Source: Cohnella phaseoli
GTDB taxonomy: Bacteria; Bacillota; Bacilli; Paenibacillales; Paenibacillaceae
Direction: 5' to 3'
DNA: 24,000 bases
Assembly (NCBI RefSeq): GCF_003386235.1
Contig: NZ_QRDZ01000024.1
Span: 105,405 to 129,404 of the forward strand
The position numbers and the translations under genes were made by a program. Below the pieces are notes generated by a model. The model saw only the letters and a list, made by a program, of their open reading frames with translations. It made no database searches and was not told where the DNA came from. Shown here one piece after another: positions 1 through 7,431 of this stretch (the first letter of the stretch is position 1; each line of letters begins with the position of its first letter).

Positions 1-381
1 CTTAAGATTATGCATCGACATACCGTAGCCGGCCACCGATGGAAACTCGCTCCTCTTGGCGGCCAAGTACTGTTGAAGCTGCTCGCAGCTTCGCGCGAAT
101 TGGACAAGATGGCCGAAGTCCTGCTCGGTCAGCACATATCCCGTGCCAAGCAGCGCCGTCAGCGTCTCCATCCCTTCCAACGAAGGAACGGGCGGATGGG
201 CGCCTCTGGCCATCAGTCGGCTCGCTTCCTCCGTCTCCGCCAGCTTGCGCCGTATGATCTCGATATCCGCCATCGGCTGCAACCGCTCGATTCTCTTTTT
301 CCCCAAATAAGTCACGGCGTAATTCATGAGCGAGGCGATCGCGCGAGGATACTCTAGTTTGTTCAAGGAATGCTGTCTCAT
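1..381 (-). CDS. MutS2-family (MutS-related ATPase) protein, N-terminal 127 codons only; gene continues past the left edge
   Basis: Missing from the ORF track because no stop lies in the window. ATG at 381-379, AGGAGG at 390-395 (8-nt spacer), frame open to base 1. Translation MRQHSLNKLEYPRAIASLMNYAVTYLGKKRIERLQPMADIEIIRRKLAETEEASRLMARGAHPP... follows the N-terminal pattern I recall for Bacillus MutS2 (LEF/Y..., A.S.LGK, L.P, L.E..EA, G..P). Family call is from recalled pattern only. Confidence 0.5.
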   Translation of the reverse strand, partial: MRQHSLNKLEYPRAIASLMNYAVTYLGKKRIERLQPMADIEIIRRKLAETEEASRLMARGAHPPVPSLEGMETLTALLGTGYVLTEQDFGHLVQFARSCEQLQQYLAAKRSEFPSVAGYGMSMHNLK

Positions 382-401
382 TGGTTAAACCTCCTGTAAG
401 G

Positions 402-458
402 AAAATAAAAAAAGCAGGCCGCGAGGACATGCGCCAACGGCGCAAGCTCGCAGCCTGC
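402..458 (-). terminator. Strong intrinsic terminator/attenuator hairpin abutting the RBS of the 1..381 gene
   Basis: Minus-strand RNA GCAGGCUGCGAG (458-447) pairs with CUCGCGGCCUGC (425-414): a 12-bp stem with one G-U. It encloses a second helix UGCGCC/GGCGCA and is followed by U7-A-U4 (413-402). The U-tract ends 6 nt before AGGAGG. Confidence 0.75.
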
Positions 459-517
459 CTGAGAAAGCCTCGAAGAGAGACGCGCGATCCGACGGGCGCA
501 AACCCGAAAAATCGCGC

Positions 518-544
518 AAAAAAACCGTACCCTGATGAGCACGG
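518..544 (-). terminator. Weaker intrinsic terminator (first of two in tandem)
   Basis: Minus-strand CCGUGCUC (544-537), loop AUCA, GGGUACGG (532-525): 8 bp including two G-U, followed by U7 (524-518). Confidence 0.55.
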
Positions 545-753
545 CAGATCTCCCCGATAGCTTCGCTTCGGAAGGGGCGGTCTTGTCCGGTTCCTCACTG
601 GTTATCCCGGTCGCACGCGCCATCCGTCAACAAACAAACCTTCGTCATTCAAGGCTCGTTGCTTCTTGTTTGGACCGTTAGCGACCTATTGAATAATTCA
701 GTTCAGAACCAATACCAACATTAAAATTTCCCCTTTGAAACGGAATTACTTTT

Positions 754-782
754 ATCATAGTCTACAGGCCGTTCCGAGTCAA
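754..782 (-). promoter_or_regulatory. Sigma-A type promoter, TTGACT-N17-TATGAT
   Basis: Minus-strand -35 TTGACT (782-777), exact 17-nt spacer, -10 TATGAT (759-754). It begins 17 nt after the stop of the yqxA-like gene. Predicted start near 747. Confidence 0.6.
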
Positions 783-798
783 CCCGTGCGCCGAAGCT

Positions 799-1194
799 TT
801 ATCCGAGCACTTTGTCGAACAAGGAAACGACCATGCGAATGCCGTTGCGGGACAGGTCGTGCAGCACCTCGGCCGTTCTGCCCGACATCCGGTCGACGAT
901 CGGCTCGCGATCCGCTCGCGGGATGCCGGACTGTGCTCCGTCTTCCCCCTCTGCCTGTCCCTCATTGGCCGCCGAAGACGGGGTGCTTTGCTCCCGGGAT
1001 TTCTCGCCTTGCCGAGGCTCCTTTACGGGCAGCGTCCAGTCTTCGTCGCCGACAGGCTGCTCGACCGTCGCGCCCTCCGTCTCCCACGGGCCCTTGACAT
1101 TCTCGATCCCTTTGGACGACAGCTCCATGCCGTACAGAACGGCGAATCCGAGAATTCCGGCCAAAATCAGCAATCTGAAAAAATCTCTGCGCAT
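799..1194 (-). CDS. Small membrane-anchored protein, YqxA-like (DUF3679-type), immediately downstream of spoIIP
   Basis: 131-aa ORF with AAAGGAGGA 7 nt upstream of the ATG, starting 15 nt after the spoIIP stop. The N-terminus MRRDFFRLLILAGILGFAVLYGM is one TM helix, followed by a charged low-complexity tail. It occupies the position of yqxA in B. subtilis. Call rests on position and N-terminal pattern. Confidence 0.6.
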   Translation of the reverse strand: MRRDFFRLLILAGILGFAVLYGMELSSKGIENVKGPWETEGATVEQPVGDEDWTLPVKEPRQGEKSREQSTPSSAANEGQAEGEDGAQSGIPRADREPIVDRMSGRTAEVLHDLSRNGIRMVVSLFDKVLG

Positions 1195-1209
1195 CCAGGC
1201 GTCCTCCTT

Positions 1210-2454
1210 TTATTTTTGCGGCTTGTCCGCTTTAATTGCCTTCTCGTCGTTCCAATACATTTCCGCAATGATTTTCGCCAGCGCATCCGCGGTGCGGTAG
1301 CACTCCTCAAGCGTATTGTCTACGCCGCCAATCTCGATCAGGACGCTGCCGGGAGACACGGATTGGTTGTATTCGCCGTTGCCGTTGGCCGCCGTCTTGC
1401 CCCACACCCCTCTGGACAAGCCCGGGTACTGCTTCTCCAGCCGTTCGTGAATGCGATTGGCGAAGTCTTCGTTCTCGCGCCAATTCGAATTGCGGTGTCC
1501 GATAATAAAGTACACCTGAGCGTAATCCTTGCCTTTGATCGTCGCCGTCGTCTTCGAGCGCCTCTGCGAATCGCGGTGGATGTCGAAGAAAAATTGCAGG
1601 CTGTCATTATCCGCCATCGCCTGACGCACGGTCTGCAAAGAATATTTATACGAATAATTCCAATTATAGCCCTGAATCGAGGTCGGATAATCCTTCGGCG
1701 AGTGAACCGCTCCGATTCCGCGCTTTTCCAGCTGGCTAGTAAGCCGTTTGCCGACCAAAGTGACGTTGATTTTCCCCGAGTTCGGATCCTTCGTCCCTTT
1801 CTTAAGCTCCGGGTAATAGGATTCGCGGTTATGAGAATGGTAGATGAAGGCGATTTTGCGCCCATCCGTCGTTGGCGCTCCTTCCTCCGGCGGCTTACTC
1901 TCGGTCGGCTGGGGAGAAGCCGTGGGCTCCTGATCGGGAACCGTCTCCGGGAAATTGTCGGGATCGTGCGGATCGGTGGCCGGCTCTCCATGCTCCCCGT
2001 CCGGCTCTTCCTCTCCGAGCGGGCCGTGATCCTCCGGCGCTTCCGGCACTCCCGAGCCCGGTCGAAGCAGCACGGAGCGATCTCTGTCCATGCCCGGAAG
2101 CTCCAATGAAAGCAAGCTCTTCGGATTGTCGGGATTGATGTCGGTCATGAATCGCAGCAGGAACGAGGCCATGCGTCCGCTCTCGAACGGCGAATCCGCC
2201 GTAGTTTCCATATGGGGCAACTCCATTGCAATCAACGATTGAAAAAATTGTCCAGACAACGAAGCCGCCATACCCTTCATCGATTGCAGCGGCGAGACGG
2301 CGAGCTTGTTTTGCAGCATGCCCCCGAGTCCCAATAAAATAAACAACACCATTGAGCTTGCACTCAGCAAAATAAAAGCGCGTCCCGTGATCAGAATTTT
2401 GCGCCACTTCGCGCGCAGAAGCGACCAATCCGTCGCTGCGTTCATCCGTTTCAT
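1210..2454 (-). CDS. spoIIP: Stage II sporulation protein P (SpoIIP, engulfment amidase/endopeptidase)
   Basis: 414-aa ORF with GGGAGG 9 nt upstream. It has an N-terminal TM segment, an acidic Pro-rich linker and a C-terminal domain with SpoIIP hallmarks (IAFIYHSHNRESYYPEL, FFFDIHRDS, NQSVSPGSVLIEIGG). Sits next to gpr as in B. subtilis. Confidence 0.93.
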   Translation of the reverse strand: MKRMNAATDWSLLRAKWRKILITGRAFILLSASSMVLFILLGLGGMLQNKLAVSPLQSMKGMAASLSGQFFQSLIAMELPHMETTADSPFESGRMASFLLRFMTDINPDNPKSLLSLELPGMDRDRSVLLRPGSGVPEAPEDHGPLGEEEPDGEHGEPATDPHDPDNFPETVPDQEPTASPQPTESKPPEEGAPTTDGRKIAFIYHSHNRESYYPELKKGTKDPNSGKINVTLVGKRLTSQLEKRGIGAVHSPKDYPTSIQGYNWNYSYKYSLQTVRQAMADNDSLQFFFDIHRDSQRRSKTTATIKGKDYAQVYFIIGHRNSNWRENEDFANRIHERLEKQYPGLSRGVWGKTAANGNGEYNQSVSPGSVLIEIGGVDNTLEECYRTADALAKIIAEMYWNDEKAIKADKPQK

Positions 2455-2801
2455 GTTGCTCTACCTCCCGGTGCCTTCGTCTTGCGAAGACGCCTTCTCT
2501 TTTTTCCCAGGTACCTTATCCTATGAGATAGCCGGGAATGCTAGAACCGGGAGATTGATAGAGACTGGTAGAATAAGAGAAGAGGCTGTCCCCTAAGCAG
2601 AGTTGTACAAGATGATCGATCAGAAAAAGTGCATGCATCTCCTGGAGACTGCCTCATACGTTCCTGAAATTACCTCTTAACGGGTTTACCCATTCCCATT
2701 TCGGGCTCGTATAGCAACGGAAGGAGATACATGCACGGCAACATTCTCAAACGATCATCTTTTTGTACGACTCTTTTTACTTATGGGATAGCCTCTGGCT
2801 G

Positions 2802-3806
2802 TCAGTGCGTATAAGCGGCCACATTGTCGGTGTCGACAGCTTCGTGAAGGGCGGCGTTCAGCCCGCTGGCGATGACATTGGCGATATCTTCGATAAACTT
2901 GTCGATCTCCTTGGGCGTCACGAGCAAATCGTGACCAAGCGGATGAAGTACCTCCCGCACGAGCTGCAGCCGTTCATTATCGGCCATCTTGCCGAAAATG
3001 CCGAACATCGGATCGGTGTTGTCCGTATGCTGCTTCATATGCTCGAGCACCATGTCCATCGTATTGTTCACAATTGTCGACGCGTACACGACGGTCGGAA
3101 CGCCGATTCCGATGCAGGGCACGCCGAGAATATCCTTGGTCAACCCTTTGCGCTTGTTGCCGATGCCCGAGCCGGGGTGAATGCCTGTATCCGCAATCTG
3201 AATCGTCGTATTGACCCGCTCAAGGGATTTGGAGGCAAGGGCGTCAATGGCGATGACCAGATCGGGCTTCGCCTTCTCCACTATACCCAGCACGATGTCG
3301 CTCGATTCGATGCCCGTCGTGCCCAGCACCCCCGGCGCCACGGCGCTGACCGCCCGATAACCCGGACTTACCTGGTCCGGCATCAGCTCGAAAAAGTGCC
3401 GCGTTACCATCATATTTTCCACGACGATCGGTCCGAGGGCGTCCGGCGTAACGTTCCAGTTGCCCAACCCGACGACGAGCACGCTATGCTTGGGGGTCAC
3501 CCCGATTCGCTGCAGGAAAGCTTCGAACTCCTTCGCCATCGAGGTGGCCACCTTATCCTGAAGCTCGGTGTCGCCTTGCCGCATTCCGGGCACTTCCAGC
3601 GTGACGTAGTGTCCAACCATTTTGCCGATCCGTTGCGCGGCTTGATTATCCTTGATTTCCATCCGGGTAACGGTGATGCCGTCCTTGCTCTCCGCCTCCG
3701 ACCACAGGCCCGGAATATCGGGCGTCTCCTGCCCTTGAGCGGCGATTTCCTTCGCTTCCAGCGCCAGATCGGTACGTATGCTGTACATCGATAAATCCTT
3801 GTCCAT
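2802..3806 (-). CDS. gpr: Spore germination protease GPR
   Basis: 334-aa ORF. The N-terminus ...[14 protein letters not shown] and motifs [12 protein letters not shown] and [14 protein letters not shown] are typical of GPR. Divergent from rpsT as in B. subtilis. The start could instead be the Met 6 codons downstream. Confidence 0.92.
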   Translation of the reverse strand: MDKDLSMYSIRTDLALEAKEIAAQGQETPDIPGLWSEAESKDGITVTRMEIKDNQAAQRIGKMVGHYVTLEVPGMRQGDTELQDKVATSMAKEFEAFLQRIGVTPKHSVLVVGLGNWNVTPDALGPIVVENMMVTRHFFELMPDQVSPGYRAVSAVAPGVLGTTGIESSDIVLGIVEKAKPDLVIAIDALASKSLERVNTTIQIADTGIHPGSGIGNKRKGLTKDILGVPCIGIGVPTVVYASTIVNNTMDMVLEHMKQHTDNTDPMFGIFGKMADNERLQLVREVLHPLGHDLLVTPKEIDKFIEDIANVIASGLNAALHEAVDTDNVAAYTH

Positions 3807-3856
3807 CGGGTGTATCGAAGCCCCTTTCGCTTGCGGATTGTGGTGGGAAAACAGCC

Positions 3857-3885
3857 TTGCTTTTTACCCCCTTGCATGATAGAAT
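3857..3885 (+). promoter_or_regulatory. Sigma-A promoter for rpsT, TTGCTT-N17-TAGAAT with TG extension
   Basis: -35 TTGCTT (3857-3862), 17-nt spacer ending in TGa, -10 TAGAAT (3880-3885), about 50 nt upstream of the rpsT start. Confidence 0.6.
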
Positions 3886-3936
3886 GTTACAAGTTGTGTG
3901 GAGAAATACTTTCTGTTTGATCTGGAGGTGAAAAGA

Positions 3937-4209
3937 ATGCCAAACATCAAATCCGCAATCAAACGTACCAAAACGAACGAAGCTCGCCGCCTGCGCAATG
4001 CTTCGGCTAAATCCGCTCTTCGTACGGCTGTTAAACAAGCCGACGCAGCGGTAATTGGAACGGACGTGAACGCTGCTCAAGCAGCATACGGCGCGGCTCA
4101 GAAGAAGCTGGACAAAGCGGCAACCAAAGGCCTCATTCACAAAAATGCAGCCGCTCGCAAAAAGTCCCGTCTCGCCAAAAAGCTCAACGCATTGTCCGCG
4201 CAAGCTTAA
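3937..4209 (+). CDS. rpsT: 30S ribosomal protein S20
   Basis: [33 protein letters not shown]... is the canonical S20 N-terminus. GGAGGTG lies 7 nt upstream of ATG 3937. The track start at 3898 adds 13 non-homologous residues and has no SD. Confidence 0.96.
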   Translation: MPNIKSAIKRTKTNEARRLRNASAKSALRTAVKQADAAVIGTDVNAAQAAYGAAQKKLDKAATKGLIHKNAAARKKSRLAKKLNALSAQA

Positions 4210-4261
4210 GGCTGCGCCTGACGCATATGCGGCCGGCCGCCCCTCGGCGGCAGCCATGAAG

Positions 4262-4306
4262 AAGCCATCCTCGGCAGGTTTGTCCTGCTTATAGGATGGC
4301 TTTTTT
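4262..4306 (+). terminator. rpsT intrinsic terminator
   Basis: AAGCCATCCT (4262-4271) pairs with AGGATGGCTT (4293-4302), with an inner GCAGG/CCTGC helix, followed by a T6 run (4301-4306). Confidence 0.85.
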
Positions 4307-4374
4307 GGTTTGATTTCATGTTATGTCCGGATGTGGAACGCAACAACGGCAATCAGGCAGAGATTGGAAGGTAC

Positions 4375-5406
4375 TCAGCTCGCTCCACGCGAACCGGTAC
4401 GCAGCAGAAACAGTTCGAGGCCCAGCGTCTTATCGATTTTGCCCGACTTCATCGCATAGTCCAAATCCGCAAGCTCGCCGAGCAGCGCAGCCAACCGCTC
4501 CATGCTGAACTTGCGCGCCTGCTCGGCCGTAATTTTCGCTGCATACGGATGCAGGCCGATCTGGGAGGCCATCTGCTGCGAGGAGTAGCCTTGGCCACCC
4601 AGCTCCTTCACGTAGAGCATGTTGCGGAATTGGCGGACGAGCAGCGCCATTAGCTTAATCGGCTCCTCCCGCTGCTTCAGCAGTTCGTGATACAGCGAGA
4701 TCGCCTCAGCGGTTCGGAGCGCGGCCAGCTGCTCCGTCAGCTTAAACACATTCTGCTCCGTCGCCATCGGCACGAGCTCCCGGATCGCCGAGGATGAGAC
4801 TGTCCCTCCCTGTCCCGCATGCAGACACAGCTTGTCCGTCTCCGCCGCCAGTGCGCGCATATCGGTGCCTACGCGGCGCAGAAGCTCGTCTGCGGCGTCA
4901 GCTTCCATTGTGCGCCCTTGACTAGCCGCCCGCTTGACAATCCAGCGCAGAAGCTCTTCGGGCTGCAGTGCGGCGAACGGAACGACGCAATCTTTCGCCT
5001 TGGCCGTCTTGACCGTTTTTTTGCGTTCGTCCAGCTTCTCCAGCGGCACGGTAAAAACAAGCACCGTCGATTCTAACGGCTGCTCCATATAAGCGATAAG
5101 CCGCTCGGGGCGATGCTCGATCTTGGCGGATTCCTTGCCCGCGGCGAACAGAACCTGATCCCGTACGAGCACGATTTTGCTCGGTACGAGAAACGGCAGC
5201 GTCTCGGCCTCGTCGATCACCGTATCGACGGGTGTCTCCCCGGTATCGAAGCGAACGATCGCCATCTCCCTATGCTCCGGCTGTACGAGCTTCTCCTGCA
5301 GACGTTCGATAAATTCGTTCATAATATAGGATTCGGTTCCGTAACAAACGTACACCGACGAAATCTGGCCCTGATTAATCGTGCGAAAAGCTTGCTTGGC
5401 GTCCAT
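4375..5406 (-). CDS. holA: DNA polymerase III subunit delta (HolA)
   Basis: 343 aa from ATG 5406, which has AAGGAG 7 nt upstream; the track start at 5439 has no SD. Size, the N-terminal ...VYVCYGTESYIMNEF pattern and the position between rpsT and comEC match B. subtilis holA (yqeN). Confidence 0.85.
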   Translation of the reverse strand: MDAKQAFRTINQGQISSVYVCYGTESYIMNEFIERLQEKLVQPEHREMAIVRFDTGETPVDTVIDEAETLPFLVPSKIVLVRDQVLFAAGKESAKIEHRPERLIAYMEQPLESTVLVFTVPLEKLDERKKTVKTAKAKDCVVPFAALQPEELLRWIVKRAASQGRTMEADAADELLRRVGTDMRALAAETDKLCLHAGQGGTVSSSAIRELVPMATEQNVFKLTEQLAALRTAEAISLYHELLKQREEPIKLMALLVRQFRNMLYVKELGGQGYSSQQMASQIGLHPYAAKITAEQARKFSMERLAALLGELADLDYAMKSGKIDKTLGLELFLLRTGSRGAS

Positions 5407-5664
5407 GCTGCCGCTCCTTGCTTCTTTGTTTCCTCTCATTGTACTACAAAGGCGCGGGAGTTCACACCTCGTCGTCGCAAGACAAGGGGACCGTGCCTTA
5501 TGCAGGCGCGATCCCCTTGTTCTCGGACATCTATATCAACGTCCGCCGGCCGGCCCATGGTACCGGCGCGAACGAGCGTGACGATAGTCCGGAGACGATC
5601 GTCGGCTTCTACCGTATACTATACGCGGCCGTACCCTAAAGGGTGACAGCCGCGCAGCCGATCG

Positions 5665-6675
5665 TTATTTTTGGGATTCCGTTAACGTCTCCGTGTCGAA
5701 CTGCCATTCCGTCGCATTGCCGTCGGCATCGATCACCGTAAAGCTCAGCACGGTCCCTTCCTCGTTCCAGGTCAGTTGACCGATGCTGCCTTCTCTGGGC
5801 TCCGAGTGGTATAGCAATTCGCCGTTCTCGATTTTGTATACCTCGAACGTCCCGCTTCCCGTTACGGAGACGGCCTTCCACTTGGCGTCCGGGGAATCGG
5901 CCTGTTCCGCAGGAATGGCCGCCAGCCCCGCCATCTCGGGATCTTCTTCTCCCGTTAAGGTTTGCCGCTGTGTCACTTCAACCTCCACGGGCTCTTTATC
6001 TTGCACATTCCCAGAGCCTCCCGTAACGTCCTCATCGTTCGACATGTTGTTGTTACGCATCTCTGCCGACGGTTGCGGAACATCTTCCTTGGACGAGGGC
6101 GATATGCTCTTAGGCTGGATCTCGGCGCCGTACTGGTCCTGTGCCTGTGCGCCGCCCGACGTTTCCGACATGGAATATAAACCGGCCTCCGGCGCGGAAG
6201 CCGCTTCCTGACGCGCTTCCGGAGCCGACGCCAAATCCGGCATTGCAGCTTGGTCCTGACTGCCTCCGGACTTCAGCCACTCTCCTGGAGAGCTGAATAG
6301 AAGAAAGCCTACGACAATCCCCGCGGCGACGACGCCCGATATTTTGCGATAAAAATTCCGGCTTGGCCGTTGCGAACGGGCAGACGTCGGCGCCGGCGAT
6401 GCGGCGGCTGGATCAACTGCAGCTTCGTTCGCTCCGGATGTCGCGCCCTCCGCATGGAGTCGCTCAAGCTCCGGAAGAATCGAATCCACGATGCTGAACT
6501 TCGGCACGACGCGTGGCAGCTGCTCAAGCTCGCTGGATAGTTTGCGGAGCCTGGACAGCATGGCGGCGCAGTCCGAGCAGCGATCGGCATGATCCATCAT
6601 GAGCGATATTTCATGCTGCTCCAGATCGCCGTCAATGTGGCGCTGCATGAGTTCCATCACCTCTTCGCATTTCAT
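5665..6675 (-). CDS. Membrane-spanning zinc-finger anti-sigma factor (ZAS type)
   Basis: N-terminal H-x3-C-x2-C motif (DHADRCSDC), a central TM helix (ISGVVAAGIVVGFLLF), a low-complexity linker and a small C-terminal extracytoplasmic domain. Its ATG overlaps the sigma gene stop (ATGA at 6672-6675), indicating translational coupling. Confidence 0.82.
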   Translation of the reverse strand: MKCEEVMELMQRHIDGDLEQHEISLMMDHADRCSDCAAMLSRLRKLSSELEQLPRVVPKFSIVDSILPELERLHAEGATSGANEAAVDPAAASPAPTSARSQRPSRNFYRKISGVVAAGIVVGFLLFSSPGEWLKSGGSQDQAAMPDLASAPEARQEAASAPEAGLYSMSETSGGAQAQDQYGAEIQPKSISPSSKEDVPQPSAEMRNNNMSNDEDVTGGSGNVQDKEPVEVEVTQRQTLTGEEDPEMAGLAAIPAEQADSPDAKWKAVSVTGSGTFEVYKIENGELLYHSEPREGSIGQLTWNEEGTVLSFTVIDADGNATEWQFDTETLTESQK

Positions 6676-7220
6676 CCCCGGACACCACCTTTCTGATAAT
6701 CATGGAGTAAAATTTGCAATTGCTGCCGGGCTCTAAATAAGTAGGATTTAACAGTATTAAGCGGCAAATTCAAAGAATCGGCAATTTCGTTATAAGAAAA
6801 ATCTTGAAGATACCTGAGAACGACAACGGTACGATGGTGCTCGGGAAGTTTACCGATGGCTTCTCTGATTTCTTCCGCGGCATAGGCGGACAGCACTTCA
6901 GTCTCCACGTTATCCCCCGCCTGGAAAACCATCTCGTGTTCCTCGATGGATACGGACGGCTTTTTGCGCCGAAACTTGTCGATGCAGATATTCGTAACGA
7001 TTCGCTGCACCCAGGTGCGAAACTGCGCCTTTTCCTCATAGGATCCGATTTTCGTATATATTCGAATCAACGCATCCTGCGACGCATCAAGCGCATCCTG
7101 CTCGTTATTCAGCAAATAATAGGCGGTGCGATACACTTGATTCTCGATTTCGCGGAGTAGCGTAACGAGAGCTTCCCGGTCGCCCGCTTGTGCGGCTTTG
7201 ATCAGAGCCGGCTCCACCAC
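6672..7220 (-). CDS. ECF (sigma-70 group 4) RNA polymerase sigma factor
   Basis: 182 aa with a GTG start and GGAGGAGGA 6 nt upstream. Region 2 (DALDASQDALIRIY, FRTWVQRIVTNICIDKFRR) and region 4 (YNEIADSLNLPLNTVKSYLFRARQQL) are recognisable. Confidence 0.9.
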   Translation of the reverse strand: MVEPALIKAAQAGDREALVTLLREIENQVYRTAYYLLNNEQDALDASQDALIRIYTKIGSYEEKAQFRTWVQRIVTNICIDKFRRKKPSVSIEEHEMVFQAGDNVETEVLSAYAAEEIREAIGKLPEHHRTVVVLRYLQDFSYNEIADSLNLPLNTVKSYLFRARQQLQILLHDYQKGGVRG

Positions 7221-7248
7221 AGAAGATCCTCCTCCCCTGCACCTCTAC

Positions 7249-7276
7249 AGACGCAAGCGTCCGAATAAAGGTTGCA
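7249..7276 (-). promoter_or_regulatory. ECF-type (probably autoregulatory) promoter, TGCAAC-N17-CGTCT
   Basis: Minus-strand TGCAAC (7276-7271), 17-nt spacer, CGTCT (7253-7249), about 30 nt upstream of the sigma gene start. It fits the AAC...CGT architecture of ECF promoters. Confidence 0.55.
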
Positions 7277-7431
7277 ATCCCTCAATGGAAATTTTCAGCA
7301 AATAATGATACATACTCTCTAAGTCTAGCAAAAATGCGTGGAAAGTCACAATGTTTTATGTTGGATAAATGGAACTTGCGTGCAAATCGATCGGTCTAAT
7401 AGGGTGGAGGCGATCCCACGGGGCTCGATAG

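Noticed and set aside
531-538. CTGATGAG (hammerhead ribozyme core box) on the plus strand
   Set aside because: It is simply the loop and 3' arm of the minus-strand terminator hairpin. No matching GAAA box or three-stem arrangement is present.
576-601. Faint resemblance to the cobalamin-riboswitch B12 box (CCAGTGAGGAACCGGACAAGACCGCC on the minus strand)
   Set aside because: Only the GACC.GCC tail fits. The upstream GGGAA / GGTG.AA.TCC / CCCGC.ACTGT elements are absent, and the downstream gene has no link to cobalamin.
378-623. 81-aa minus-strand ORF whose TGA overlaps the ATG of the MutS2-like gene (ATGA)
   Set aside because: No SD within range of its ATG, an Arg/Cys/Phe-rich nonsense-like composition, and it reads straight through two terminator hairpins and their U-tracts. 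The overlap is best explained by chance.
859-2109. Long ORFs antisense to real genes: 859-2109(+), 2763-3794(+), 11423-12742(+), 14503-16986(+, 827 aa opposite leuS), 20452-21834(+), 21756-22517(-), 23001-23588(+)
   Set aside because: Each lies exactly opposite a gene with unmistakable homology. Their products are Arg/Ala/Pro-rich low-complexity sequences with no SD sequences. This is the typical stop-codon-poor shadow frame of GC-rich coding DNA.
2512-2541. Forespore sigma-F/G-like promoter candidates upstream of spoIIP (GCATT-N15-GGATAAGGTA, 2541-2512) and gpr (GTAAC-N15-GGGGTAAAAA, 3890-3861)
   Set aside because: The spacing fits, but key -10 positions deviate from the consensus as I recall it. 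These are plausible biologically but not supportable from sequence alone.
2731-2814. 27-codon plus-strand [30 protein letters not shown] behind AAGGAGA, overlapping the gpr 3' end
   Set aside because: SD-to-ATG spacing is only about 4 nt, it overlaps the gpr stop convergently, and there is no conservation evidence. It is too short to distinguish from chance.
3898-3936. N-terminal extensions given by the ORF track for rpsT (3898), holA (5439), comEA (13542), comER (13501) and the TetR gene (18140)
   Set aside because: In each case an internal ATG has a well-spaced SD and gives the N-terminus expected for the family. The extensions lack SDs and run through promoter or intergenic sequence.
5613-5625. 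Perfect 13-bp palindrome CGTATAcTATACG just downstream of the anti-sigma gene
   Set aside because: Short and AT-rich, single occurrence, no associated regulator, and cannot fold as RNA (1-nt loop). It could easily be chance.
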